From NCBI RefSeq assembly GCF_001194135.2, contig NC_069006.1, positions 19,933,914 through 19,969,264 on the forward strand: DNA of 35,351 nucleotides, in the 5' to 3' direction. The translations under genes and the position numbers were made by a program. Below, piece after piece: positions 1 through 11,009 of the stretch. A model generated the notes under the pieces. The model did no database searches and was not told where the DNA came from. It worked only from the letters and a program-made list of their open reading frames with translations. How positions within the stretch are numbered: the stretch's first letter is position 1; the number at the start of each line of letters is the position of its first letter. The DNA is from Octopus bimaculoides. Lineage: Eukaryota.

Positions 1-304
1 CTAATTTGGCTTGCGCTGATACAGGCAAAATAGATTTACAATTGATAAACGTCTTTGTGTCATCATGAGAACAAGCATGTTATGAAACGAGGCTATCAAA
101 ACGGTAATAGATATTGAAATTTTATCAATAATACATTATTATTATTTTGATATCAGTAAAAATCTTTTGTGAGGTAAACATCTGTCACTGGTGAACAGGT
201 TTCTTTTTATAAATATCGACGTTCTCAAAAACATTGTTTACGTAATAAGATTGTTAACAACTTTGAACATAAATTCTACATTTCTTTAAGTGTTTTTTTT
301 GTGT

Positions 305-540
305 TTTAAACAGATTGTGGAAATTTAGGGGTTTTAGTAAATTCTAGATAAGAATGGCATGCAGAGATAGATAGAATTTGATGATTCCACTGATTGACCT
401 TTATTCTAAGAGAAAAAACATCTTTAAACAGATTGTGGAAATTTAGGGGTTTTAGTAAATTCTAGATAAGAATGGCATGCGGAGATAGATAGAATTTGAC
501 GATTCCACTGATTGACCTTTATTCTGAGAGAAAAAAATCT
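305..540 (+). repeat. 118-bp direct tandem duplication
   Basis: tttaaacagattgtggaaatttagggg...ctttattct.agagaaaaaa at 305-422 and 423-540, differing at only a few positions. Confidence 0.95.
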
Positions 541-726
541 TTTTTCACCTGGTTGAACTAAAGGGTCACTAAGGAAAGATTGGGTTCTATTTCTTTCAAC
601 GGTTTACAAGCTCGACTCAAACTAACCGACCACGCTGTTTAATTTTTTTGACGACGCTTAACACCACTATTACCTTCGGACGTTATAGCTTTTTTTTTTA
701 CCCTTTTCCTTTTGATACATACAGTC

Positions 727-996
727 GCAGGCGTAGAAGCGTGGTGAGAAGTTTGGTTGCCAATCACATGGTTCCAGGTTTAGTCCCACTGCGTACTAGC
801 TTGGGCAAGTGTCTGCTATAGCCCCAAGCCGGCCAAAGCTTTTGTAAGTCGATTTGGTTGATGGAAACTAAAAGCAGCCTTTTGTATATATATGTGTATA
901 TGTGTGTGTATGTATACACACACATATACACACACATGTACACACACACCGCAGTCTAATGACTGGTCGCAGTCTAATGACTGAAACAAGTAAAAC
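727..996 (+). mobile_element. tRNA-derived SINE family A (CORE-like centre), internally deleted
   Basis: Head ...accacatggttccaggtttagtcccactgcg..cttgggcaagtgtc, tail gactgaaacaagtaaaa. Confidence 0.8.
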
Positions 997-1399
997 ATAG
1001 ACGATAAAGATAGTCCTATAGGAAAGTGGGTTATACGTCATTAGATGTATACCTGACTTTCCTATATAAAATTAAGAATATAACGGAACGCTGAACTCCA
1101 GACTATCAACTTAAACAACATTTATTCAGGTGGTAAATATATACATCTTTAGCTCTTGTTTGTTGTTACAGCTTCTGTGTGTGTGAGCTTAGTTGTTGGG
1201 ACGTTGTTATGTAGTATGTAGATGTAAGCGAGCTGTCTAGCGTAAGTCCGAAAGATGGAGAGAGACAGCTAAACACGTCCATGCTCTATCGCTGGCCAGC
1301 AAGAAAGAGACTGTCTCCAGGCTGGAATGTTGGAGACACTGCTTGACACGTCCATGCTCATGGCCGGCCGACCGAGAAAAAGATAGAATAGAAGCGGGA

Positions 1400-1800
1400 A
1401 CGCTTGGTTGTTTAATTCCACGCATGCGTGAGACTACGCATGCGCACGGCGTTACTACAGTCCCATTGCTTTTCAATGCACTTCTTCCAGAAGTCTCTAA
1501 GTTTGCTTTTTCTATAGAAGAAGGTTTTCGGTTGATCACGCTTCTTTGTTCGTTGCAAAGGAAGTTTAAGCAATCGAAATACGTGATAGTCGGAAGGGGT
1601 AAGATTTGGACCGTATTCAGAGTGTTTCAGCAACTGGAAACCCAATTTTCAATGGTTTTATACGCACAGCATTCGTGCTACACGTGCCCATCTATCTTCG
1701 TACATTCTCACTGACAGGCGTTTCCTCTTTCCTTTTCAGGTGGAAAGTGAAACATCTCGCCAAACCGAGTCCAGAGATGAAGCTGGCCATCACCAATCCT
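1400..1800 (-). mobile_element. Degenerate mariner transposase remnant (C-terminal DDD domain)
   Basis: Minus frames give ...ETPVSENVRR (HDNARPH-like), HVARM and LGFQLLKHSEYGPNLTPSDYHVFRLLK (YSPDLAPSDYHLF motif), then KLRDFWKKCIEKQWD, with frameshifts and stops. Confidence 0.85.
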
Positions 1801-2019
1801 TTCATTCTCGACTTCCACATGACCACGAGAAAACAATTCTTACCTTCTTTCGTAAGGAGATCCGGTGGATCAATTTTTAGAATTGAATCAGACGACAGCT
1901 GCACCCTTCTTGCATCTGTGACAGCGATCTTATCGATGGTGCATCAATCATAGAACAGAAGAAGGGACAATAGATGAAGCGGCTATGTTTATGTTACATA
2001 ATACAATACATTCTGTTTG

Positions 2020-2206
2020 TGTCTACTGATGTGTGTGTGTGTGTGAGTGTGAGTGTGAGTGTGTGCGTGTGTGTGTGTGTGTAGCATCGTGTTGTACGTG
2101 GGTTTGATAAATATCGATTGANNNNNNNNNNNNNNNNNNNNNNNNNNNNNNNNNNNNNNNNNNNNNNNNNNNNNNNNNNNNNNNNNNNNNNNNNNNNNNN
2201 NNNNNN

Positions 2207-2267
<61 letters not shown>

Positions 2268-2529
2268 CATCGTGTTGTACGTGGGTTTGATAAATATCGA
2301 TTGAATATGTTTTACACATGTCGTGTGTGTATATGTGTGTGTGTGAGTGTGTGTGTGTGTGTGTGAGTGTACGTGTCTTATGTGTGGTTTATTTGTATGT
2401 ATGTGTGGGCGGGGCACAAGGATAGATAGGAAAATATGTGTAATATACGTGCGTGCATACAGTTGCATGTTTGTATATATGTGCCTGTGCCTACATACAT
2501 ACATACATACATACATATATACATACATA

Positions 2530-2563
<34 letters not shown>

Positions 2564-2690
2564 GTATATTTTTGTATGTATGTATGTATGTATGCAAATA
2601 AATAGATAGGTAGATATGTACGTAGGTACGTACGTAGGCGTGGCTAGACAGATAGATAGATGGCTGGATATATATATATATATGTATGTA
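2020..2690. repeat. (GT)n, (TACA)n, (TA)n, (TAGA)n microsatellite cluster around a gap
   Basis: Seen directly. Confidence 0.9.
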
Positions 2691-2696
2691 TATAAA
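2689..2696 (+). promoter_or_regulatory. Candidate TATA box of the CBM14 gene
   Basis: TATATAAA about 55 nt upstream of the ATG. It lies at the end of a (TA)n tract, so it could be chance. Confidence 0.4.
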
Positions 2697-2747
2697 CAAC
2701 ACGCTGCTAAAACGTTATCTGCAAGACAACAAACCACAGGACCAATT

Positions 2748-2823
2748 ATGAAGCTTCTGATATTAGTTCTTACTTCGATCGCTGCCAACTTAATCATTCT
2801 ACACCAAACTAACGCCACCAATG
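2748..2823 (+). CDS. CBM14 protein exon 1 (signal peptide)
   Basis: ATG at 2748, MKLLILVLTSIAANLIILHQTNATN, donor G|GTAAGT at 2824. Confidence 0.88.
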
Positions 2824-5800
2824 GTAAGTCGCATTGTGTAATTTTTTTAATGTTTGTATATGTGTTTGTATGTGCGCGCGCGCGCGTATGTGTGTGGTTG
2901 TACCTATGTGTATTGTATTAAACATTCGATTGTATTTGACACGAGTCTTGACCCTGTCACTGCGAAATTGAATTTCATGGGTATTCCGGTAATGATCGAT
3001 TTCTTTTTTTTTTTTTTTTTTTTTCTGTAAACCATCAAGTGATACATCAGGACCCATCATCAGCGATATTTCCAAGGGTCATTAGATGTTTCGGGTCTTT
3101 CACCATCAGGCATCCTCACCCAGGTGACTCAACCGGCATTGATCAAACCCCACTTTGTTTCCAGTTAGAGCAACCCTTAGCAGCACTGCTCCGCCCCATT
3201 CTTTTTTCCAGTTAGAACAACTCCTTGTAGCATTACTCCACCCCACTTTCTTTCCAATTAGCACTCCCTCTAGTAACACGGTGTTGATTTGTTTACGTGC
3301 CCGTAACTTAGTGGTTTGGCAAAAGACACCGATAGAAATAAGTAGCAGGATTTTTAAAACAATAAGTATCTTGGGTAGGTTCGTTTGACTAAAACCCTAC
3401 AAGGTGCTGCCCCAGCATGATCGCAGTCCTTTGACTGAAACGAGAAAAAGATAAGAGAAACGCACATACACTAGGAATGTCAATATTTGAAGAATGGATT
3501 AACAGTAATACCTCACTTTACGAGACCCCGGGCTTACGAATTTTGATTTTTAATCACATGATCCAAATTTTGAACGAAGTGCAAAAGTTTTTACTACCAT
3601 AACCAAATGCTTCTGCGTGTTACCGAGAAATTTATAGAGAGCGGGAAAAAGCTTCTTCTAAGCAAACAGCTCCAAACTTGTTTTTTAAAAAGAAATCTAC
3701 CAGTCCGTCTACGAGTACTTGTGAATCGGTGATCGCGTCTACAAGTGATGCTGTGCGCGAGTCTAGTGCGAGTGAATGTGATTCTGAAAACAATTATAAT
3801 AATATTTTGTATTATAAATGATCTTGAGATTCTATTTAATTTACATAAAATATTCTTTAAAATATTTTTCTGGATACAAATTACGATTTATAACATTGCT
3901 ACTATGGGAAATTATTGCCCTGCTTTACAGGTTTTCACTTTACGAGCGGTCTACGGGAACAAATTAACTCGTATATCGAGGCATCACTGCATTTTTAATG
4001 AATTTTTTTCTCTTTTGCAGTTGGCGTTGATTGTTCCAAAGTGAAAGATGGTTTCTATGAGATAAGCTGCAAGAGTTTTGTTGAATGTAAGGAGGGAAAG
4101 AAGTACCAACATTACTGTAACGGAACCACTGTCCTCGATAGAAGAGACATGAAGTGCAAAGAGTGAGTACAATATATGTCCGATATATATATATATATAA
4201 TCATAAACTATATAAAAAAAAATACTCATGAAAAAATACATATAAATACTCTTTTACTTGTTTCCGTCATTTGACTGTGACCATGCTGGAGCACCGCCTT
4301 TAGTCGAGCAAATCGACCCCAGGACTTATTCCTTGGATGAACCTTGAAACTAATGTTCAAGTCGTTTGGGCAACACTGGCGGTATATTCTCCAGATCGTA
4401 CAAATGATGTACCGCTCGCAGCGGCGCTGGAGAGAGTAGAGTTTCAAGGCTTTAAGGCGGTCCCAGCAATCGAGATCAGTCATGCCTTCAATTCGTTTAT
4501 TGAGTGCCCTCTGGGGTGATTCAATCCTCGAGATGTTTTGTTTTGTATGGGGAGACCACAAGGGGCCAGAGTATTCGAGGTGTGGCCGTACAAAGGAGGA
4601 GAAAAGTGGAATGATGACACCTTGTTCTCTGGACTGGAAGGTTCTTAAGATCCAGGAGCTCATCTTACGAGCTATATCGACCTTATATATATATTGTAAT
4701 AGAATTGTAAGCTTTCAACGTATACTGACTACAGAAAATAATCTAAATCACCGTAACGGAAAGAAAATGGACATAGGTACACATGTTAGATTATTTTGTT
4801 CAGTTGAAATATAGTGAAGATCTATAATTCTATTTACAAAATTTTCACTCACCACTGTTTCTTTATTCACACAGAATTAACGCATGTTTCCACAGACATC
4901 GTGGTTTCAATTCCTAGACTGGGTGGTGCGGTGTGCTCTTAAGTGAAACACTCCATCTCAAGTTGCTCTGCAATCATTTAAACGCCTGAAGCGTTGTACG
5001 CCGTGTACTTGTTCAGGCAATTTCGATTTGATGGAGGGAATGAGCTAAAGTACAGCACAAACAGTTGATCACAATAAACAAATCATTTGTGTAGGTCGTT
5101 CGGTAAAAGCTGAATGCTCATACATAGTCTTCGATAGAAGAGTCCACAGTATAAATATGGGATCTTTCTGAATTGATGGGCACCACTTTTCATTTATGTT
5201 TTGTGTAGTGTTTTTGGTACCGAAACACTTTCAAACTTCGTATACTTGTATATTTTGTGTTATAGAACAGATGAAAAATTTTGTATTCGAAGTTATTTCA
5301 TGTAAAAAATTGTCGTATTTCGGTAATTTCAACTAATCACTGACGTCTATTGAGGTGAAAACAATTACTGTTGTGAATTGTAAACACCACACGTTGTGCG
5401 GTGTAATGGGATCTTTTCCCTTGAATAAAATTAGTGCAAAGTGTCTCGTTAAGAAAACAAGTGGTGCCCATCAATTCAGAAAGATCCCAGAAAAATCCTA
5501 AATATGCATATAAAAATGTGTGTGTGTGTCGCGTGTGTGTAAGTGTGTGAGGATAATTTTATAATTTCGTTAAACCGAAGAATAAAATAGGACCGCAGAT
5601 GGAAGTGCTCAGGTAACACTGAGACGAAAGGAAAAATAAATTGAAAGGTATAACGGATAAACGCTCTAATTGGTTAAAACAACTTTATAACATTCCATAT
5701 TATCATAAATCGGACATAAATATATATTAAAACATCAGGGCCTCCAATGGTAAAACCCAATATTATAAAATATACACATATATATATATACAAAAATATG

Positions 5801-7169
5801 CATCGTACTATATATACGATATATTCTATATGCTTCGTAGAATGAAACATTAAGGACCTATTTCTATGAGTACCACCGAATTAGTTGAATCTACACATTG
5901 TGACTTGAATTTATATATTTTTTCTTGTTTCATTTTTAAAGTCCTGCCAAGGTACCGAAACCGTGTGGAGAATACAGAGACTGCAGTGAACGTAAGGATG
6001 GTCGTTATCCAGATCTTGACAACAAATGCAAATCTTACTTTACCTGTGAGAATCATCAATATATGGGACACAATCTGTGCCCGGCAGGTAAGTTTCTCTT
6101 TCACCTCATAGATTACTGATATCATTATTCGTCATATACATAAGGTGAAGAGCTGGCACGCCGGACAAAATGCTTAGCGGCATTTCGTCTGTCTTCATGT
6201 TCTGAGTTTAAATTCTGCTGAGGGCGACTTTGCCTTTTATCCTTCCGGAGTTGATAAAATATGTACCGGTTGAACACTGGGGTCGATGTAATCGACTTAC
6301 CCCTCCCAAAAATTGCTTCAACCAAAATTTGAAACCAATATGTGTTAAAAATGGCGAGCTGGAAGGATTATTAGCATGCAAACAAAATGTTTAGCAGCAT
6401 TTCGTCCGTCTGTAGGTTCTGAGTTTAAATTCTGCCGAGGTCGACTTAGCCTGTCTTCCATTCTGGGGTCGATAAAATAAGTACCAGGTGAACACTGGGG
6501 TCAATGTAATCAACTAACACTCTCTTTTGAAATTGCTGGCCTTGTGCCAAAATTTGAAACCATTATGATGCCTGTTTTTAAGGCAACGAGCTGGCGGAGT
6601 CGTTAGCACACCGGGCGAAATGCTTAACGGCATTTCGTTCACCCTTGCGTTCTGTGTTCAACTTCTGCTGAAGTCTACTTTGCTTGTCATCCTTTCGGAA
6701 ACGATGAAATAAGTACCAGTGAAATACTGGGGTCAATGCAATCGACTTACCCTCTCCACCAAAATTTCAGGCCATTTGCCTGCAGCAGAAAGGTTTATTA
6801 TACGAATGTTTAAGGCAGAATCGTTTACCCGCCAGGCAAAATGGCATTTCGTCCGTCTTTACACATATACACGACAGGCTTCTTTCAGTTTCCGTCCACC
6901 AAATCCACTGACAAGGTTTTCATCGGCCCGAAGCTGTAGTAGAAGACACTTGCCCAAGGTGCCACGCAGTGGAACTGAACTCCGGAACAATATGGTTGGG
7001 AAGCAAACTTCTTACCACAACAGTTTGTAATAATGCTCACATGAAGTGCGATTTGAAACTAACTTACCAATATTTTTGTCTCTTTACTCAAGGTCTCGTC
7101 TTCTCCATGAAATTACAACTGTGCGACTGGCCTTACAACGTAAAACCGCCGTGTGGAACAAAGAAATAG
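2748..7169 (+). CDS. Secreted protein with two CBM14 (peritrophin-A/chitin-binding type 2) domains, 146 aa; join(2748..2823,4021..4162,5942..6087,7093..7169)
   Basis: Manual splicing gives 441 nt with GT-AG introns in phases 1,2,1: MKLLILVLTSIAANLIILHQTNATNVGVDCSKVKDGFYEISCKSFVECKEGKKYQHYCNGTTVLDRRDMKCKDPAKVPKPCGEYRDCSERKDGRYPDLDNKCKSYFTCENHQYMGHNLCPAGLVFSMKLQLCDWPYNVKPPCGTKK*. Hydrophobic signal peptide, then two 6-Cys units (C-x11/14-C-x5-C-x9/10-C-x12-C-x9-C) matching the CBM14 spacing. Confidence 0.9.
3503..3989. mobile_element. Old Tc1/pogo (Tigger-like) non-autonomous element
   Basis: Imperfect TIRs cagtaatacctcactttacgag (3503) and ctcgtatatcgaggcatcactg (3968-3989), 17/22 identical. 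Confidence 0.55.
4021..4162 (+). CDS. CBM14 protein exon 2 (most of domain 1)
   Basis: Acceptor tttttttctcttttgcag, VGVDCSKVKDGFYEISCKSFVEC...MKCK, donor GA|GTGAGT. Confidence 0.9.
4332..4690 (-). mobile_element. CR1/L2-like LINE ORF2 C-terminal remnant in CBM14 intron 2
   Basis: ILRTFQSREQGVIIPLFSSFVRPHLEYSGPLWSPHTKQNISRIESPQRALNKRIEGMTDLDCWDRLKALKLYSLQRRCER matches the post-RT VRPHLEY...WSP...QR..T..I....Y.ERL..L.L.SL..RR pattern. Confidence 0.85.
5158..5489. mobile_element. MITE with perfect 31-bp terminal inverted repeats
   Basis: TGGGATCTTTCTGAATTGATGGGCACCACTT at 5158-5188 and its exact reverse complement at 5459-5489. AT-rich interior with no ORF. Confidence 0.8.
5942..6087 (+). CDS. 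CBM14 protein exon 3
   Basis: Acceptor ttttttcttgtttcatttttaaag, DPAKVPKPCGEYRDC...HNLCPA, donor G|GTAAGT. Confidence 0.9.
6142..6862 (+). mobile_element. Three tandem family B SINEs plus a fourth partial head in CBM14 intron 3
   Basis: Each copy reads gagctgg..aaatgcttagcggcatttcgtc..ttctgagtt.aaatt..gtcgact..tcatcc..gataaaat..gtaccag..cactgggg, starting at about 6142, 6350, 6580 and 6812. Confidence 0.85.
6872..7023 (-). mobile_element. Family A SINE 5' half (other partial copies at about 3275-3455, 4246-4331, 9017-9100, 9490-9720, 10804-10955, 17360-17575, 18185-18470, 19213-19290, 21610-21800, 28926-29240)
   Basis: Direct sequence similarity among copies (gtagaagacacttgcccaaggtgccacgcagtggaactgaac). 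Confidence 0.8.
7093..7169 (+). CDS. CBM14 protein exon 4 (end of domain 2, stop)
   Basis: Acceptor ttttgtctctttactcaag, GLVFSMKLQLCDWPYNVKPPCGTKK-TAG. Confidence 0.9.
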
Positions 7170-7228
7170 CTTTCATACTTTATAAAGCCTTAAGTCATTT
7201 GAAACTTTGATGTAGTTTTGATTATGCA

Positions 7229-8169
7229 NNNNNNNNNNNNNNNNNNNNNNNNNNNNNNNNNNNNNNNNNNNNNNNNNNNNNNNNNNNNNNNNNNNNNNNN
7301 NNNNNNNNNNNNNNNNNNNNNNNNNNNNNNNNNNNNNNNNNNNNNNNNNNNNNNNNNNNNNNNNNNNNNNNNNNNNNNNNNNNNNNNNNNNNNNNNNNNN
7401 NNNNNNNNNNNNNNNNNNNNNNNNNNNNNNNNNNNNNNNNNNNNNNNNNNNNNNNNNNNNNNNNNNNNNNNNNNNNNNNNNNNNNNNNNNNNNNNNNNNN
7501 NNNNNNNNNNNNNNNNNNNNNNNNNNNNNNNNNNNNNNNNNNNNNNNNNNNNNNNNNNNNNNNNNNNNNNNNNNNNNNNNNNNNNNNNNNNNNNNNNNNN
7601 NNNNNNNNNNNNNNNNNNNNNNNNNNNNNNNNNNNNNNNNNNNNNNNNNNNNNNNNNNNNNNNNNNNNNNNNNNNNNNNNNNNNNNNNNNNNNNNNNNNN
7701 NNNNNNNNNNNNNNNNNNNNNNNNNNNNNNNNNNNNNNNNNNNNNNNNNNNNNNNNNNNNNNNNNNNNNNNNNNNNNNNNNNNNNNNNNNNNNNNNNNNN
7801 NNNNNNNNNNNNNNNNNNNNNNNNNNNNNNNNNNNNNNNNNNNNNNNNNNNNNNNNNNNNNNNNNNNNNNNNNNNNNNNNNNNNNNNNNNNNNNNNNNNN
7901 NNNNNNNNNNNNNNNNNNNNNNNNNNNNNNNNNNNNNNNNNNNNNNNNNNNNNNNNNNNNNNNNNNNNNNNNNNNNNNNNNNNNNNNNNNNNNNNNNNNN
8001 NNNNNNNNNNNNNNNNNNNNNNNNNNNNNNNNNNNNNNNNNNNNNNNNNNNNNNNNNNNNNNNNNNNNNNNNNNNNNNNNNNNNNNNNNNNNNNNNNNNN
8101 NNNNNNNNNNNNNNNNNNNNNNNNNNNNNNNNNNNNNNNNNNNNNNNNNNNNNNNNNNNNNNNNNNNNN
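7229..8169. other. Assembly gap (others at 2122-2206, 9233-9321, 12025-12034, 28384-28925, 32076-32268)
   Basis: N runs. This gap hides most of the CBM14 3'UTR. Confidence 1.
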
Positions 8170-8345
8170 ATATATACATATATATACACACACATTCAAG
8201 AATAAAACACTTGGTAATGATAGGTTGTGAAATTGATCGAAACGTTGTGTAAACATTAATTTTTTTCCTTTCATTTCTAAAACAGAGGTTAATAGACCGA
8301 AAAATAATATTTGTCTTTACTACATAATCTATCTCTAAGAACATC

Positions 8346-8570
8346 AATAATTACTACTACTACTACTACCATGTTACTATTGCTGCTGCTACTTCCACTA
8401 CATCTACTACTACTACCACCATCACTGCCTCTACTACCACTACGACGACGACCACCACTACTACTAACATCACCACCACCACCACTACTACTGCTACCAT
8501 CACCACTAATACTACTACAACTACAACCAACACCACTACTACTACTACTACTATTACTACAGCTGCGGCA
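8346..8570 (+). repeat. Compound (ACT)n/(ACC)n trinucleotide microsatellite
   Basis: Seen directly; it explains the poly-T/L/P/V ORFs. Confidence 0.95.
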
Positions 8571-11009
8571 GTCTCAAAAGTGTAGTTTTGCTGCGGTGAA
8601 CGGCAATTAATTATACTGAGGTTGTACAATGATGAAGAGTGAAATAATTTATCCATGTACCTGAAACACAGGAGTATTCACAAAATGGTGAATTTCTTCT
8701 TTTAAATAGATACGAGCGCTGTTGCAGTTAGGGAGAATGTCTGTCTTGAGAGAAAAAGTATCCGTATGATAACTATGAGATGCCATTTCAGCATGCTATA
8801 TGCCAGATCATTTACACTTTAATGTACTTCGAGTTTTACTGCAAGAACTTTATACTGCAGCGTGATAAAAATTAAGCTTAATACTCTTTTCTACTCAAGG
8901 CACAAGGCCCGAAATTTTGGGGGAGGGGACCAGTCGATTAGATTGACCTCACAGTACGAAACTGATACTTAATTTATCGACCTCGAAAGGATGAAAGGCA
9001 AAGTCGACTTCGGACTCTTGCCGAAGGTTGTCACGCAGTGGGACTGAACCCAGAACCATATGGTTGGGAAGCAAGCTTCTTGCCACACAGCCAGGCCTGT
9101 GCCAATGGATATTAGCTACAAAGGACTTCGATATTTCTGAATGGATTGTAATGCATCAAATCAATAACGGCTGAACAAACTCATCTTCTTATAAACGGCT
9201 AACTTTGGTCGAGTCGAAACTTAGAGTAATATNNNNNNNNNNNNNNNNNNNNNNNNNNNNNNNNNNNNNNNNNNNNNNNNNNNNNNNNNNNNNNNNNNNN
9301 NNNNNNNNNNNNNNNNNNNNNGTACAAGGCCGGCAATATCGGGAGAGAGGGTAAGTCGATTACATCGACTCCAATGCTTGACTGGTACTTGGTTTATCGA
9401 TCCTGAACGGGATGGAAGGCAAAGTCGACCTGAGCAGAATTTGAACTCATAACCTGGCGACAAAGTAGTATCGATGAGATGTTTGTCTTTTATGTTTTGC
9501 TTGCGGCCATGCTGGGACATCGCCTTGAATGAGTTTCACTGGAACAAATCGACCCCAATACTTATTCCCTTTTTACATTTTTTTGGGGAGGGAGGGCTGA
9601 AACTTATTCTATCGGTCTGTTTTGCCACACTGCTAAATTACGAAGTTACGGGGAAATATAAACAAACCAACACTGGTTGTCAAGCACGGTGGGAACAAAC
9701 ACAACACACACACACATGGCGCCGTGACACATAGCAAACAATTTTTAACTCATTTCTCTTATATCCTTTTCTACTCTAGGAGGCGCAATGGCCCAGTGGT
9801 TAGGGCAGCGGACCCGCGGTCGTAGGATTGCGGTTTCGATTCTCAGACCGGGCATTATGAGTGCTTATTGAGCGAAAACACCTAAAAGCACCACGCGCAC
9901 AGCTGGATTGAACCAAAGACCACAAGACTGGAATGCAAACTTCTCCGCCACACAGTCACGCCAACGCCTATGTTTCTATTTGCTACACTTCTATTAGCAA
10001 GTAATCGACCTTACTCTTCTCTAGATGTTGTTTCATCTAATTAATATCTTATCTCTATCTGGTTGTAGGTTGTATATACATTCATAATTAAAACCACACC
10101 CATGTTGTTATGCTTAATTATATTAACCTTGAAACTCTCACGTGTGTTGCATATAGGTTTCCGACGTTTACCTGTGTCTATGTGGATGCGGGTCATTAAG
10201 TCAGCTTTTCACATGCAAAGCATTTTTAAAACACTGCCGTTACTTACGGGGGAGAATGGCACGTGTACACTTATGCGCACACATATACTCATACATGTGC
10301 GCGCGCGCGTGTAGTTGAAATTTACAGAAAAACAAAAGACGAAGTCAGGTGTATAAACAACGAGTGCGTGTATTAGTTTAACGCTCAGGAAAGTGAGAAA
10401 GTTTTACATTTCGAGTCTACGCTCTTCAACAAGAAAAAATAAACAGAGAGAGAATATGTCACTCTTGACCATGCCTGCATGCAAAAACAAGCTGGAGAAT
10501 TACTTTAGTGAAATGGTATCACGACCATCCAGGATAGAGTAGATGTATGGTTCAAATCCTGTAGGGAGCTATCTTTTTCTGTCCAAGAAGTTTGTTTTTT
10601 TTTTTACCAAATGTATTATGAGCTATTATTAATAGTTACATTGGCATTCAAGATACCTTACAGAGATTTATTTTCATGTTTGTGCACATGCATACATGTT
10701 GTCTTTGCTATTTTTCTTTTCTATATGTCTGTGTGATACAGGAGGCGCAATGGCCCAGTGGTTAGGGCAGCGGACTCGCGGTCATAGGATCACGGTTTCG
10801 TAACAGGCTCCCTTCAGTTTCCGTTTACCAAAACCACTCACAAGGTTTTGGCCAGCTTGGGGTTATAGTAGAAGACATCTGTCCAAGGTACCACTCAATG
10901 TGACTTGAACCCAAGAATACATGATTGAGGAGCAAGTTTCTTACCACACAGCCATATTTTCTTCAAAGGTTTTGAATAGAGGATCTCATTGAAACTTTAG
11001 ACTCAGTTC

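Noticed and set aside
2017-2305. Duplicated 45-bp unique segment either side of an N gap
   Set aside because: Identical copies flank the gap at (GT)n tracts, which is typical of unmerged contig overlap.
7173-8656. Long ORFs spanning N gaps or microsatellites (also 1989..2702, 28326..28997, 31903..32343)
   Set aside because: Artefacts of N runs and simple repeats.
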